Program-made: the position numbers and the translations under genes | The notes under the pieces: model-generated | The model's input: the letters and a program-made list of their open reading frames with translations, nothing else | What the model was told of the DNA's origin: nothing | Databases searched by the model: none | Source: a virus | Taxonomy: Duplodnaviria > Caudoviricetes | IMG/VR virus record: IMGVR_UViG_3300037262_000043 | Coordinates: 1 to 40,885 of that record | Length of the DNA: 40,885 nt | Reading direction: 5' to 3' (one strand) | In this document: piece after piece, positions 26,220 through 35,342 of the stretch | How positions within the stretch are numbered: the stretch's first letter is position 1 | How the letters are laid out: each line of letters begins with the position of its first letter

Positions 26220-29216
26220 ATGTCAGTAGACGATAGCAGCACACCGGCACAGTCCGACCAGACGACATCCGTGGACCCGCAGACTCCTCCAGCACAGGTG
26301 CCAACGACCAATCAGGCAGGTGGAGACACCGGCACGTCCAATCCTCCAGATGGTGGAGCTGTGTCTAGCGTTGCGCCCCCTCCGCAGGAAGATGGCGCAG
26401 GGAACGTAAAGACAGGCAGCCTCGACCCTTCGAACCCTGACAGCACTCCGTCCGATGTGCAGAATCCCGCAGTTGCGGCCCCAGGCAGCGTAGCTAAGGC
26501 GACAGCGTCTCCAGCAAAACCAGCTGCGTACACTCCGCAGCCAGACAAGCCACCGAGCAAGTTCCTCGGAGCGCTGATGACGAGCGCGAAGTACTTGAGC
26601 GGTCTGAACAACGCGACCACGAGCAAGTACAACCCAGTGACCGGAGCGGTAGAAACAACTGCCGCCCACCCAAGCATGGGACAGATCCTGGCAACGCTTG
26701 CCATCCACGCGGTCCAAGGCATAGCTGCCGGTGCAGGAGCGCACGGACCAAACGCAATCGGAGAAGCAGCGCAAGCCGGTCTTGAGCAGGGTGAGAAGAG
26801 CAGCCAGCAAGTTCTGGCAGCCAACGCAACCTCGTTGAAGAACGCGGACGAAGAGCGCACTAGCCAGCTTCAGTCTGTAGAAGCGAACATGAGAATGCTT
26901 CAGCTCCAGCAGTCCATGGCTCGTCAGGACGAAGAGCAGTTCCAGAACTTGGAAAAGCTGCACGCCCCAATGATCCAGAGCATTAAAGATCAGAACCCAG
27001 ACGATGTCCCTGTAGAGCACGTAACGGAAGACATGGTTCACAGTCCTAGCTTCCACAAGAACTATCCGATCACTGAGTTCTACCCACTAGTTGACGGGTA
27101 CATCGCGCAGACGGACGGTAACGGTAATCAGGAGTACAAGGACATTCACGGCAACATATCCACCGAACAGACTCCAGGGTCCCGTAAGGCGTGGCAGGCA
27201 ACGTACGCAATGATCAAGCGCACGGCTCCTATGTCCATGAAGGACGGTGACGGAGATCTGCACGACTGGGCATCGGAAGCAGAGACTGGCGGAATCTACC
27301 CAAAGGGAACCTCAGAAGTTGCTAACAGCGCAACTGTGAGCGGACCTGGAGCGGCGGTCACATCCACCAAGGTCGCAACTCAGCAGATATTCCAGGCTGA
27401 CGCAACTCGCTGGAACGACACGCTCACGCGTGCGGACGGAGGAACACCAGGACAGCCAGCAGCATCTACAGTTCCAGATCCGAATAAGACCCCGGCATGG
27501 AACTACACTACGCACGACCTAGTACAGGCAGCTGCGCAGAATGAAGGGAAGACTAATCCAGACGGAAGCCCATCACCCGCCGCGCGCTTTCACAACCCGA
27601 CGAACCTGAAAGCAACCCCGCAGCAGATGGCAGACCACAGTGTGGATTTCGATCCCAAGACTGGGTTCCGCATCTTCAAGACAGACGAGGAAGGAACCGC
27701 TGCAGCTGAAGCTGACGTGGAGTACAAGAGAGCGCATCACCCCGACTGGACTATATCACAGCTCTCAGATACATGGACTAACGGCGATCCGAACGCGGCA
27801 AAGAACTACGCTACCTCTCTTACCAAAATGACTGCAGGCAGCGGCCAGCCAGGACAAACTCCTGCAGGACAGCCTCTACCAGATGTTCAGCAGTTCGCAA
27901 GAGAGAACAAGGGCTTCGACAATGCCATTTTCCAGTTCGAGAACGGCATGAAGGATTCTGCCCAGAAGAACAAGGGCGTGCCTAATATCGGAGACGCCAT
28001 TTCGAGTATGAAGTCTAAGTCCGGCGCGCAGCTGATGTATAAGTTCTTCGGCGGGACGGAGCGCGTAAGAGCGCTCGTCAACCAGCAGGAAACTGATCAG
28101 AAGGTGCAGGATACTGTCGCCACAGCCAAGGGCAAGGACGCACTGGAGCAGGCGGCTTACAAGGAGCGCATGCACTGGTTGACAGTTCCTCAGGGATACG
28201 TCCCATCGGATCACCCAGAGATCATGACTATGGGACCGACGCAGGCAAGAGAATTTCTCGCCAGCAAGGGATTCCAGATTCCTCCGACCTTCGACACTGT
28301 CTACAAGCTCGCGCATTATCAGGTCAGTCCCGCAGACTTCTCCAACAAGGAGTGGTTCAAGGATCAGGGCATCGATAGACAGACAGCCATTGCTTACGCT
28401 GCCTTCCTCAACCCGTGGCTCAGCAATGACCGTCCAGGGTTTGACGAAACCGACTACGCAGCTAAGCAGAAGTTTGTCACCGGCATGGATAACGAGACGG
28501 CAGGCGAGGGTGGATTTGTATCCTCGGCGAACGCATCGTTACAGCATCTGTCAGAGCTTAGCACGCTGTCTTCAGCAATGCAAAGCGCAATGCACGGCGG
28601 CAATGTGCAGGCACTCAACTCCATCGCTCGTCAGGTTGGCGCATCAGTCGGTGCGACAGCTCCGGAGACGTTTGGCTTCATCGCCAACGCGGTCTCGGCA
28701 GAACTTGCCAAGACCCTCAATAATGGTTTCGTCCCAGACAAGGACACCATTGCAGGATACCGCGAGCACTTCGGAGACGGAAAGAGCGGCATCACCGACG
28801 ATCAGGTACAGTCGATCATCGACATGGGAACTGGACTTATCCACCCGAAGCTAACAGCTCTCGATCAGAAGAGCATTAACATCACGGGTAGACATCTTCA
28901 GAACGTGGCACCAAAGGCGACAGAGTTCCTCAAGAACCGCGTGAACGCCGATGGACAGCACTACGAAGCACCGTGGGATGTTCAGACAGGAACGGGTGGA
29001 GGAGACTCCGTACCGGCTTCCAAACCTTACCAGCAGCCAAGCGTAAAGGCAGCTAATGCTGCTGTCTTCAACAAGCCGCCAACAACGCCGCTGCCTCCGG
29101 GAGCGGTTAAGTGGGTCGCAGGTAACGACAGCAAGACTGGAAGACAGACCTCGTGGGTTGCAGTTGACGCGAACAGAAAGCCCATCAGCAAACTACCAGT
29201 AGCACCGCAGCAATAA
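26220..29216 (+). CDS. Large ejection protein with putative lysozyme-like domain
   Basis: 998 aa; low-complexity N-terminus and helical segments; internal QNEG...ARFHNPTNLK...GFRIFKTDEEG...TISQL..TW resembles virion muralytic NNPGNI-type domains. Confidence 0.55.
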   Translation: MSVDDSSTPAQSDQTTSVDPQTPPAQVPTTNQAGGDTGTSNPPDGGAVSSVAPPPQEDGAGNVKTGSLDPSNPDSTPSDVQNPAVAAPGSVAKATASPAKPAAYTPQPDKPPSKFLGALMTSAKYLSGLNNATTSKYNPVTGAVETTAAHPSMGQILATLAIHAVQGIAAGAGAHGPNAIGEAAQAGLEQGEKSSQQVLAANATSLKNADEERTSQLQSVEANMRMLQLQQSMARQDEEQFQNLEKLHAPMIQSIKDQNPDDVPVEHVTEDMVHSPSFHKNYPITEFYPLVDGYIAQTDGNGNQEYKDIHGNISTEQTPGSRKAWQATYAMIKRTAPMSMKDGDGDLHDWASEAETGGIYPKGTSEVANSATVSGPGAAVTSTKVATQQIFQADATRWNDTLTRADGGTPGQPAASTVPDPNKTPAWNYTTHDLVQAAAQNEGKTNPDGSPSPAARFHNPTNLKATPQQMADHSVDFDPKTGFRIFKTDEEGTAAAEADVEYKRAHHPDWTISQLSDTWTNGDPNAAKNYATSLTKMTAGSGQPGQTPAGQPLPDVQQFARENKGFDNAIFQFENGMKDSAQKNKGVPNIGDAISSMKSKSGAQLMYKFFGGTERVRALVNQQETDQKVQDTVATAKGKDALEQAAYKERMHWLTVPQGYVPSDHPEIMTMGPTQAREFLASKGFQIPPTFDTVYKLAHYQVSPADFSNKEWFKDQGIDRQTAIAYAAFLNPWLSNDRPGFDETDYAAKQKFVTGMDNETAGEGGFVSSANASLQHLSELSTLSSAMQSAMHGGNVQALNSIARQVGASVGATAPETFGFIANAVSAELAKTLNNGFVPDKDTIAGYREHFGDGKSGITDDQVQSIIDMGTGLIHPKLTALDQKSINITGRHLQNVAPKATEFLKNRVNADGQHYEAPWDVQTGTGGGDSVPASKPYQQPSVKAANAAVFNKPPTTPLPPGAVKWVAGNDSKTGRQTSWVAVDANRKPISKLPVAPQQ

Positions 29217-29226
29217 AGGGAGCACT

Positions 29227-31560
29227 ATGTCAGGACCAGAAACAGTTGTAACAGGAAATGGCGCAAACATACCGGCACCAGCACCAGCACAGTCTGCTCC
29301 TGTGGCTCCAGCACCTAACCAGAGCGCGGCTCCGTCCGCGCCTGACATGACCGCGCCCGACATGACCGGCATCGACCTCGGCGACGACGCGCCTAACCCA
29401 GGACAACAGCCTGGAACAGGCGGCAGCACGGCGGCAGGCGGCGACGCAGGCACTCCCGCAACCCCGCCTGACATGGCAGGTATAGATCTCGGGGACGACG
29501 CACCGACTCCTACAGATTACAATAAAGACTTCATGACGGTGGCAGGCAATAGCGTCGCATCAGGGTGGAAGCACTCAGGTGTCGGCGACATTGCTAACGC
29601 TGCCTACCAGCAAACCAAGCACGTGGTCACCACGCCCATCGAGTACTACCAGCAGGCTGTCGATGCCTTTAAGGCAGGCGATACCAAGGCAGGACTGGAA
29701 GCTGCGCAGCAGGGATTAATCTCTCTTACAACCTTCGGGTCAGGAGACAATAACAGCCCGATGGGAAAGGTCTTCGCAAGCCTCCTAATGCATCCTCTCC
29801 AGCAGCTTCAGAAGCAGCTCGATATGGACAGAAAGAATGGAGCCCTTCCTAGTGCAGGAGCTGAATCGGTCGTAAACAGAATCAAGGACATTCCAAATGT
29901 CTGGAACAGCCATTTGCAGGCATCTGAGAACGAAGTCAACAACGGCGTGCAGAACGCGGTCGATGACTGGAAGGCAGGTAACGGAACCGGCGCACTGTCG
30001 GACATCCTAATCAAACCGTTCGACTCTCCGATAGCAGGCTCTGTCCCAGGTGCCGGACCATTCCTCCAGGAGGAAGGTCACGACATTAACAGAGACATGC
30101 ACGATCACAACTTCGGATCTCTAGCAGGAGACCTGCTAGGACCCCTAGCAACCTGGGGTATGGGAAGAGCGTTCGGCACCCTAGCCAAGGGCGCAGACGC
30201 CATGGCAGTAGACGCAGAGTCAGCGGCTCCGGACGTTGCCAACGTTGAAGGCACGGACATTCCCGTCTCGAAGAACAACCCGACGATGGGTACTGCAGGT
30301 AACGGCGCTACTCCGCTCGCAACCAAGTGGTCAACCAAAGAAGGCGCGAAGGCGTTTCAGAAGACCCAGGAGGCTGCCGGAGCGCAGGCAAGCAAGAAGA
30401 CAATCACCAGCGGCGCAATGGATCTGGTAGATCGCCTACGTACGGCTCGCGGCGAACAGCCAACAGCCCCATTCGCTCCGCACCTTGAGGACTTCGACGA
30501 CACTGTCAAGTTCATGAAGGACGAAGCGCAGAAGACATACCAACAGCTGGACAACGCGGCGCTGAACGACGTAGCCGAGTGGGAGCAGAAGTACGGACCC
30601 AATTCAGGGTACAAGCCCACGGCGACGCAGCCAACGGTTTCCCCAAGACCAGGACCGAATCCTACCGGAGACAACGCGCAAGCAATCGCCGACTGGGACG
30701 CCAAGAACGGAGAGAAGTTCAAACCGGACGGCACAGTCAAGAAGCCAGTCCCCGATGCACCGGCACCTCCGAAGCCAAAGCTGTTCTCCGAAATTCAGCA
30801 TCAGCTGCAAGTAGCCAAGAAGACAGAGGCGAACACAGTTCTTGATCCTAAGATAAGAGACGCAGCTAGAACAGAGATTCCCGCCCTCCAAAACGAAATG
30901 AAAGCCTTCGTTGCCAAGTACGGATCTAAGGCAAGCGTCAGCCCTGAGGAACTGGACGCAGCCAACGAGCTGTACAAGCAGCACATGCGCATGGAGTGGG
31001 TTGCCGACGCGATGAGAACGGGAGTCAAAGGAACACAGAAGGGAAGCTTCACAGCAGCCATATCTCCCAACGCAACAGCCGAGTTTTTGAGAAAACTTCC
31101 AGCAAGATTCAACAATGCGTTTGGATCTGTGGCGAACAAGGACGCCTGGAGCAGACTGCTAGGCAAGGATGGAGTGAACAACTACAACAACATCCTCAAC
31201 GTCATGGCAGAGCCCACATCCGGAAAGGGCTTCTGGAGTTTCCTATCGAGCATTCCGAAGATTGGAAAGATGCCTCTCGGGGCACTTGCAGACTCCGTAT
31301 TGTACAACCCTGATACTGGAAGCGCAGCAATCAAGTTGTTCAAGATGTACGATGCACTTACGAAAATAGACGCAGCTGGGCACACAGGCGCGAGCCTAGC
31401 GCTCAAGGGCGCGCCGGTCGCAGGTCCGGCAGCAGCTACGCCGCAGCCTAATTTTCACCAGGACTTCGGCAAGCGTGTAATGGTTGACGGGAAATATCCG
31501 GCGACCATCCTGGGAACGCACCCCAATAGTGGCAAGAAGTTTCTGGAGTATGACAAGTGA
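29227..31560 (+). CDS. Large ejection / internal virion protein
   Basis: 777 aa, Ala/Pro/Gly-rich; N-terminal PDM(T/A)GIDLGDDAP repeats; follows the other ejection genes. Confidence 0.55.
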   Translation: MSGPETVVTGNGANIPAPAPAQSAPVAPAPNQSAAPSAPDMTAPDMTGIDLGDDAPNPGQQPGTGGSTAAGGDAGTPATPPDMAGIDLGDDAPTPTDYNKDFMTVAGNSVASGWKHSGVGDIANAAYQQTKHVVTTPIEYYQQAVDAFKAGDTKAGLEAAQQGLISLTTFGSGDNNSPMGKVFASLLMHPLQQLQKQLDMDRKNGALPSAGAESVVNRIKDIPNVWNSHLQASENEVNNGVQNAVDDWKAGNGTGALSDILIKPFDSPIAGSVPGAGPFLQEEGHDINRDMHDHNFGSLAGDLLGPLATWGMGRAFGTLAKGADAMAVDAESAAPDVANVEGTDIPVSKNNPTMGTAGNGATPLATKWSTKEGAKAFQKTQEAAGAQASKKTITSGAMDLVDRLRTARGEQPTAPFAPHLEDFDDTVKFMKDEAQKTYQQLDNAALNDVAEWEQKYGPNSGYKPTATQPTVSPRPGPNPTGDNAQAIADWDAKNGEKFKPDGTVKKPVPDAPAPPKPKLFSEIQHQLQVAKKTEANTVLDPKIRDAARTEIPALQNEMKAFVAKYGSKASVSPEELDAANELYKQHMRMEWVADAMRTGVKGTQKGSFTAAISPNATAEFLRKLPARFNNAFGSVANKDAWSRLLGKDGVNNYNNILNVMAEPTSGKGFWSFLSSIPKIGKMPLGALADSVLYNPDTGSAAIKLFKMYDALTKIDAAGHTGASLALKGAPVAGPAAATPQPNFHQDFGKRVMVDGKYPATILGTHPNSGKKFLEYDK

Positions 31561-32639
31561 GCGATTCAACACCAGTTCCAGTTAGCCAAGCCGATCTAGA
31601 TCAGATGCCTGCTGCCATTCGTGAGCAGGCTGATCAGACGAACTACGTGAAGCCTTCGGGCGACACTGACGTGATGACCGGCGCTTCCTCTACGCCAGAC
31701 ACTCAGCGCTCAGAAGGAACGATGCTCGGGTACGTGAACCCTCCAGGATCTCCGGGCAGCACGGACACGGTCAATATTCCAGACAAGTCAAAGCTTAACG
31801 ATTACGAGAACCAGCAGCCCGGTGGAAGAGCAGGAACACTTGCGCACGAGACAACACACGTGCTTGAGGACAACCTCGCCCCCTCCGTGCAGGCGAAGAT
31901 CCCAGCAGGCAACCCCGACGCTCCGTATGACATCAGCAACATCGACACCCTTCGCGCGCAAGGCAAGACCTTCACGGACCTGCCCCGCGAGCAGGCAGCG
32001 ACGATTGTGCAGAAGTACATTGAGAGCGGCGGCAAGGACACAAGGCTGAAGCCCTGGATTCAGGACATCGCCAAGGCTCCGCTATCTACGATCAAGCCGA
32101 CCACTACTGGCGGCGCTGACGACAAGATCAACACCGAAGCGCGAGCACCGCGCGGCGGTCAGGCAATGCTCGAAGCTATGTCAAGTAAGGATGTTCACAA
32201 TCCTCCACCAGCTAAGGTGGACACCTCCAAGACCATGGCTGTGCAGAACCCCAAGGGACTCGCAGAGCCTGGGAATCTGGACATCACCAACCGCCCCACG
32301 GTCAAGAACGCAGACGGCTCGCACAGCTCGGAGTACTCGACCTCGTTCAACGTGGACGGAAAGGAAGTCCTAGTTCCGACCATCGTCAACGGCAAGTTCC
32401 TCACTCCGGACGGAAAGAAGCCACCCGAGGGTAGCCCGGCTGAGAAGCAGATGTTCAAACAGGCGCTACAGCACTACCAGCAGACTGGAGAGCATCTCGG
32501 CAAGTTCAACGACGTCAAGAGCGCCAACGCTTACGCCGAACAACTCCACAACAGAGGAAACAAACCCTCGACAAAGACCAACCCATCGGTGTATAATGGA
32601 GCTGCAAAGGCAATGAGCGGAGGAAAGAAGAAATCGTGA
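31557..32639 (+). CDS. Virion-associated protein with HExxH metallopeptidase-like motif
   Basis: GTGA overlap start; TLAHETTHVLE followed by downstream EQAA; C-terminal GNLDITNRP.V.N.DG...EVLVPT...GEHLGKF domain. Confidence 0.55.
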   Translation: MSDSTPVPVSQADLDQMPAAIREQADQTNYVKPSGDTDVMTGASSTPDTQRSEGTMLGYVNPPGSPGSTDTVNIPDKSKLNDYENQQPGGRAGTLAHETTHVLEDNLAPSVQAKIPAGNPDAPYDISNIDTLRAQGKTFTDLPREQAATIVQKYIESGGKDTRLKPWIQDIAKAPLSTIKPTTTGGADDKINTEARAPRGGQAMLEAMSSKDVHNPPPAKVDTSKTMAVQNPKGLAEPGNLDITNRPTVKNADGSHSSEYSTSFNVDGKEVLVPTIVNGKFLTPDGKKPPEGSPAEKQMFKQALQHYQQTGEHLGKFNDVKSANAYAEQLHNRGNKPSTKTNPSVYNGAAKAMSGGKKKS

Positions 32640-33118
32640 TCTGTACAAAGTGCAAGCAGCCAAAGACCGTAGATGAAATGACAAAGGACTCGACCCTTCC
32701 CAAAGGGCACAGGTCCCATTGCAAGCTTTGTCACAACCTGAAGGTCAAGGACTACCATCGTCAGGATCATGTTAAGGAAAATAGAAAAGCCTGGCTCTCT
32801 GAGAATCCAGAGAAGCTTCAGCAGAACAGGCTCAATAAGTACAGCCTCAAGCTGGAGGACTACAAACTCAACCTTGTGCTGCAGGGCAATGCATGCTGGA
32901 TCTGTCGTGAGCTTTTCACTGACACGAACCTCCCGCATATCGACCATGACCACAAATGCTGCAAAGGGCAGAGAAGCTGCGGTCAGTGCGTGCGTGGGAT
33001 TATCTGCGATGACTGCAACGTTGCTCTTGGAAAGTTCAAGGACAATGCTGATGCGCTGCACAACGCCATCCTGTACTTGAAAGGAGGTTCCAAATTTTAC
33101 GCCAAGACGATTTTTTGA
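32636..33118 (+). CDS. Endonuclease VII-family HNH nuclease (free-standing, homing-type)
   Basis: N-terminal CTKC..CKLC zinc ribbon; QGNACWIC...HIDHDH...VRGIICDDCNVALG.FKDN signature. Confidence 0.88.
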   Translation: MICTKCKQPKTVDEMTKDSTLPKGHRSHCKLCHNLKVKDYHRQDHVKENRKAWLSENPEKLQQNRLNKYSLKLEDYKLNLVLQGNACWICRELFTDTNLPHIDHDHKCCKGQRSCGQCVRGIICDDCNVALGKFKDNADALHNAILYLKGGSKFYAKTIF

Positions 33119-33507
33119 AGGGACAGCTGGTGCTATACGGCTGGAGAGCTGGTAGGACTTACGGCGGTCATCTAGCAAGCTGCGCAATAATGTCCTGCTT
33201 GGCTAATCGCTACCGCGCAGGATGGGGATCGTGGCTCGACATCCTCGACAAGATACCGGCGAAGTCGGCAACCATCGAGCAACCAACAGGAACACCAGAA
33301 ATGTGGGACCCGACGTTCGTCCACCTGCTCCATGACGTGGATACGATCTTCAGCGGTTCCGCGACGGACCTATCGTGCGGCGCGAAGTACTGGGCGGATA
33401 TGACGCGCATCGACAATCCGTGGTTCAAAGAGAAAGTTCTCAATCACCCCAACCGGCAGGTGGCGGCGAATATGAACAGCCTCACCTTTTTCAAAATAGG
33501 GGATTGA
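33094..33507 (+). CDS. Cell-wall hydrolase-like (SleB/Hydrolase_2-like) putative endolysin; probable ATT start
   Basis: AIM..LANR, DLSCGAKYW, NPWF and terminal LTFF resemble the Hydrolase_2 fold. SD AAGGAGG (33081-33087) lies 6 nt before an in-frame ATT; the alternative start is TTG 33115. Confidence 0.55.
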   Translation: MLRQDDFLKGQLVLYGWRAGRTYGGHLASCAIMSCLANRYRAGWGSWLDILDKIPAKSATIEQPTGTPEMWDPTFVHLLHDVDTIFSGSATDLSCGAKYWADMTRIDNPWFKEKVLNHPNRQVAANMNSLTFFKIGD

Positions 33508-33532
33508 CAATGATAGTTGAGTTTGGTACAAT
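33504..33532 (+). promoter_or_regulatory. Sigma70-type promoter TTGACA-N17-TACAAT with extended -10 TG
   Basis: TTGACA 33504-33509, TG at 33524-33525, TACAAT 33527-33532. Confidence 0.55.
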
Positions 33533-33890
33533 TACACTTTACGCCCTTCTACACGACTGGCTTGCGCTCGGCGCTGCCGTTGTGGGCGGATACAAGCTTT
33601 GGGATTATCTCACGCACTTCAAAGACGACATTCAGAAGAACGCCACTGATGCGGCAGACAAGCTCATCGCCGCCAACGCCTCGATGGAGAAGGCTGTTAA
33701 CTTTCAAACAGCGTCCATTGTGTCAGCACTATCAGAGATGAGAGAAGACTCACGAGCAGCGCTATCAGTAATTGCCGCCGCACTCAACAACAACTTCGGA
33801 CAGACGATCACCACCACGATCTCTCCGGCGCACCGCGCGGCCCGTGCTAAGCATAAGAAAATAAAGGTTGACAACCAAGCGTCAGTCTAG
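33510..33890 (+). CDS. Holin-like single-TM membrane protein (126 aa)
   Basis: ATG 33510 after AGGGG; hydrophobic N-terminal segment (WLALGAAVVGGYKLW), coiled middle and basic C-terminus; adjacent to the putative endolysin. Confidence 0.5.
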   Translation: MIVEFGTITLYALLHDWLALGAAVVGGYKLWDYLTHFKDDIQKNATDAADKLIAANASMEKAVNFQTASIVSALSEMREDSRAALSVIAAALNNNFGQTITTTISPAHRAARAKHKKIKVDNQASV

Positions 33891-33896
33891 TACAAT
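33868..33896 (+). promoter_or_regulatory. Sigma70-type promoter TTGACA-N17-TACAAT
   Basis: TTGACA 33868-33873 and TACAAT 33891-33896, with an A-rich upstream region, about 25 nt before ATG 33921. Confidence 0.8.
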
Positions 33897-33920
33897 GGTA
33901 ACATAATCAACGGGAGGTTC

Positions 33921-35258
33921 ATGCCTAACGCAACCAAGGCTGCAATTCTAGCCGACGTTACACGTGTCCAAAACCTACTACCGTCCGGCAAAGTGATCAC
34001 ACGCGACGAGTACGTCAAACAAGGGGAATACAGCAAGCACGAACTCAACAAGCACTGGTCATCCTGGAAGGACATCCTTCTGGAACTAGCATTCGGTGTC
34101 GAGATCCCCTCGTCCGATCCGGATGAAACCAGCACTGAGAGCAACGATCATTGGACGCTGAATCTTAAGAAGACTCGCATCCACACGCTTGCACAGCTGA
34201 TCGAATACTTTGAAGTCGATACCCAGATCTGGGAAGTCGAGCGCTTCATCGCGAACAAGTGGGAGATGGGTTACACGACAGGCATCGCAGAGACCAAGAC
34301 TGCCCTCACCGTGCCGCTGTATCAGGTCAAGGCAACCTTCAAGAAGAAGAAGGACGTCGAAGCAGTCATCAAGGAGATCGCAGACCTCTTCGCAGAAGCG
34401 AAGGAGAACGCTCCGGAACCTCTGCCAATCTTCAGAGAGAAGTCGCCACTGTCCGGCAACATGTTGGAAGTCAACATCCCAGACGTCCACTTCGGCAAAC
34501 TGGCATGGGGAGAAGAGACCGGGCACGAGAACTACGACAACAAAATTGCGGAGCGCATCTATGAGCGAGCGGTTGACGGACTTGTCTTCAGATCACGTGG
34601 TTATAGATTTGATGAAGTTGTGTTCGTTGTTGGAAACGACCTCCTGCAGGCAGACGACACCGAAGGACGAACAACCTCAGGAACCGTTGTCACTACGGAT
34701 GGAAGATATCAAAAGACTTTCCGCACAGCTCGCAGAGCAGTCATCAATGCTATTGAAAAGCTGCGAAGTATCGCCCCTGTCAGAGTCATCGTTGTACCCG
34801 GTAATCATGACGAACTCTCAGCGTGGCATCTTGGAGAATCTCTCGCGATCTGGTTCAGCAAGTACTCCGACGTCACTGTAGAGAATGAGCCGACGCCGCG
34901 CAAGTATCACCAATTCGGCAAGGTCGGTCTGATGTACTGCCACGGTCACAAGGGCAAGCGCACAGACTATCCTCTGCAATTCGCAACAGAGCGCCCTGAC
35001 ATTTGGGGAGCCACAATCTTTAGGGAGGTGCACTGCGGACATGAGCATAAGACCAAGATGGATGAATACCACGGATGTCGTGTACGTGTTCTGCCTGCTC
35101 TATGTCCTCCTGATGATTGGCATAGTCAGATGGGGTTTACCGGCAATCTACGATCTGCGGAAGGATTCGTATGGAATCGAGATGAGGGACTCATCGCTCA
35201 TATCTATTACAACGATGACAATCAGCCCCTGGTCGAGACGCGCCAAGTAATCGTTTAG
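33921..35258 (+). CDS. Calcineurin-like metallophosphoesterase with N-terminal extension
   Basis: Motifs PDVHFG, GNDLL, PGNHD, HGH and GHEH; SD GGGAGG. Confidence 0.85.
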   Translation: MPNATKAAILADVTRVQNLLPSGKVITRDEYVKQGEYSKHELNKHWSSWKDILLELAFGVEIPSSDPDETSTESNDHWTLNLKKTRIHTLAQLIEYFEVDTQIWEVERFIANKWEMGYTTGIAETKTALTVPLYQVKATFKKKKDVEAVIKEIADLFAEAKENAPEPLPIFREKSPLSGNMLEVNIPDVHFGKLAWGEETGHENYDNKIAERIYERAVDGLVFRSRGYRFDEVVFVVGNDLLQADDTEGRTTSGTVVTTDGRYQKTFRTARRAVINAIEKLRSIAPVRVIVVPGNHDELSAWHLGESLAIWFSKYSDVTVENEPTPRKYHQFGKVGLMYCHGHKGKRTDYPLQFATERPDIWGATIFREVHCGHEHKTKMDEYHGCRVRVLPALCPPDDWHSQMGFTGNLRSAEGFVWNRDEGLIAHIYYNDDNQPLVETRQVIV

Positions 35259-35262
35259 AAAG

Positions 35263-35320
35263 TTCTGGGTCTCGCGTAAAACTATCGGACTAGCGCGCGC
35301 GAAATAGTCCGAGCCCCGAA
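35263..35320 (+). ncRNA. Compact hairpin/pseudoknot candidate in intergenic region
   Basis: TCGGACTA/TAGTCCGA 8-bp stem whose loop (GCGCGCGCGAAA) can pair with upstream TCGCGT; closed by GGGT/GCCC. Confidence 0.4.
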
Positions 35321-35342
35321 AGCAAACTCATTCAGGAGAAGA

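Noticed and set aside
26223-27056. 277-aa and other minus-strand ORFs in the ejection genes
   Set aside because: Fully antisense to long + strand CDSs with no recognisable motifs.
32531-33187. 218-aa minus-strand ORF
   Set aside because: Antisense to the clearly recognisable Endonuclease VII gene.
34210-34881. 223-aa alternative-frame + strand ORF
   Set aside because: Nested in the metallophosphoesterase; Ser/Arg-rich off-frame composition and no SD.
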